64,000 nucleotides of DNA, taken from contig NC_043006.1 in the NCBI RefSeq assembly GCF_006345805.1, forward strand, positions 52,204,001-52,268,000. Direction: 5' to 3'. Numbering within the stretch: position 1 is the stretch's first letter; the number at the start of each line of letters is the position of its first letter. The notes below the pieces were generated by a model. It saw only the letters and a program-made list of their open reading frames with translations, was not told the origin of the DNA and made no database searches. The translations under genes and the position numbers were made by a program. This document shows positions 63,373-64,000 of the stretch, in pieces. Source of the stretch: Octopus sinensis. Its lineage: Eukaryota.

Positions 63373-64000
63373 ACAACACTCTTTGATAACCTAGAATATA
63401 TGCCCAAAGAAGTTACACAACTCTACTGCAATGTATTATCAAATGAAAGGATGAGCCTATATGAGCAGAAAAGTATGCATGGATATGTTACTAGAAGGCT
63501 CCGTGATGATAGTAGCATTGATCATCAAAGCAGTTTATCATGGACCAATAGCCATATTAATACCTCTCACTTTGAAGGGTATGTATTTGCAATCCACGGA
63601 CAGGAAATATCAATGAAGTACCTAATGCACAAAAGGGATAGAGATGCAGGAAAAGCCATAAAGTATGACAACCAATGCAGACTTTGTGGAGTTCACACTG
63701 AAGATATCACCCACATCATAAGCAGTTGTCCAAAAATGTCATCATGGTATTATCTGCTGATGAGACATGATGTTGTAGCTAGGATGCTCTATTATGAAAT
63801 CCATAGGAAAGATAATCCTGAGGACAAAGAAATAAGAACCCACAATATGGTAGAAGCCATAGTCACTCATAATAAAAAGGAATACTGGTGGAATGTCCCA
63901 GTGAAGACTTCAATAAAATCTAAGCACAACAGACCTGATATAATGATTTGGGATAGAGAAGAGAAACTGTGCACAGTTGTGGAAATTAGCTGCCCAGCAG
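63373..64000 (+). mobile_element. R4/Dong/NeSL-type non-LTR retrotransposon C-terminal region, open to the window edge
   Basis: Open frame: HFEGYVFAIHGQEI, CRLC..EDITHIISSC, RHDVVARML and HNRPDIMIW...VVEISCP (CCHC knuckle plus PD-(D/E)xK endonuclease). Confidence 0.85.

Noticed and set aside
58567-64000. Kinesin exon 5 (expected V.VS.LEIYNE)
   Set aside because: No such motif was found in any plus frame I read; it presumably lies beyond the window.

Overview
Eukaryotic, AT-rich, microsatellite- and transposon-dense genomic DNA. The SINE/RTE content and repeat landscape look like an octopus (cephalopod) genome; this is inferred, not proven. Two spliced protein-coding genes can be read in divergent orientation. 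A HEATR3 (Syo1/symportin-like) gene lies on the minus strand (exons 5283-5155 and 3087-2915, continuing out of the window). A kinesin-3 KIF28-like gene lies on the plus strand (exons 27767-27811, 51825-52031, 56377-56509, 58484-58566, continuing out of the window). The first kinesin coding intron is about 24 kb and carries textbook minor-spliceosome (U12-type) signals at both ends. Inside that intron is a cluster of long foldback inverted repeats. Two of them carry type I hammerhead-ribozyme motifs, one in a perfect 122-bp palindrome that encodes the same ribozyme on both strands, next to a decayed Penelope GIY-YIG domain. Also present: a dispersed family of minimal hammerhead motifs, a U6 snRNA pseudogene fused directly to a SINE 5' end, a near-identical 1293-bp tandem duplication, and decayed RTE, R4/Dong, Tc1/mariner, hAT, piggyBac-like and Helitron elements. 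Most ORFs in the supplied track are microsatellite or repeat artefacts. No ribozyme activity, splicing or editing claim has been tested; all need computation or experiment.
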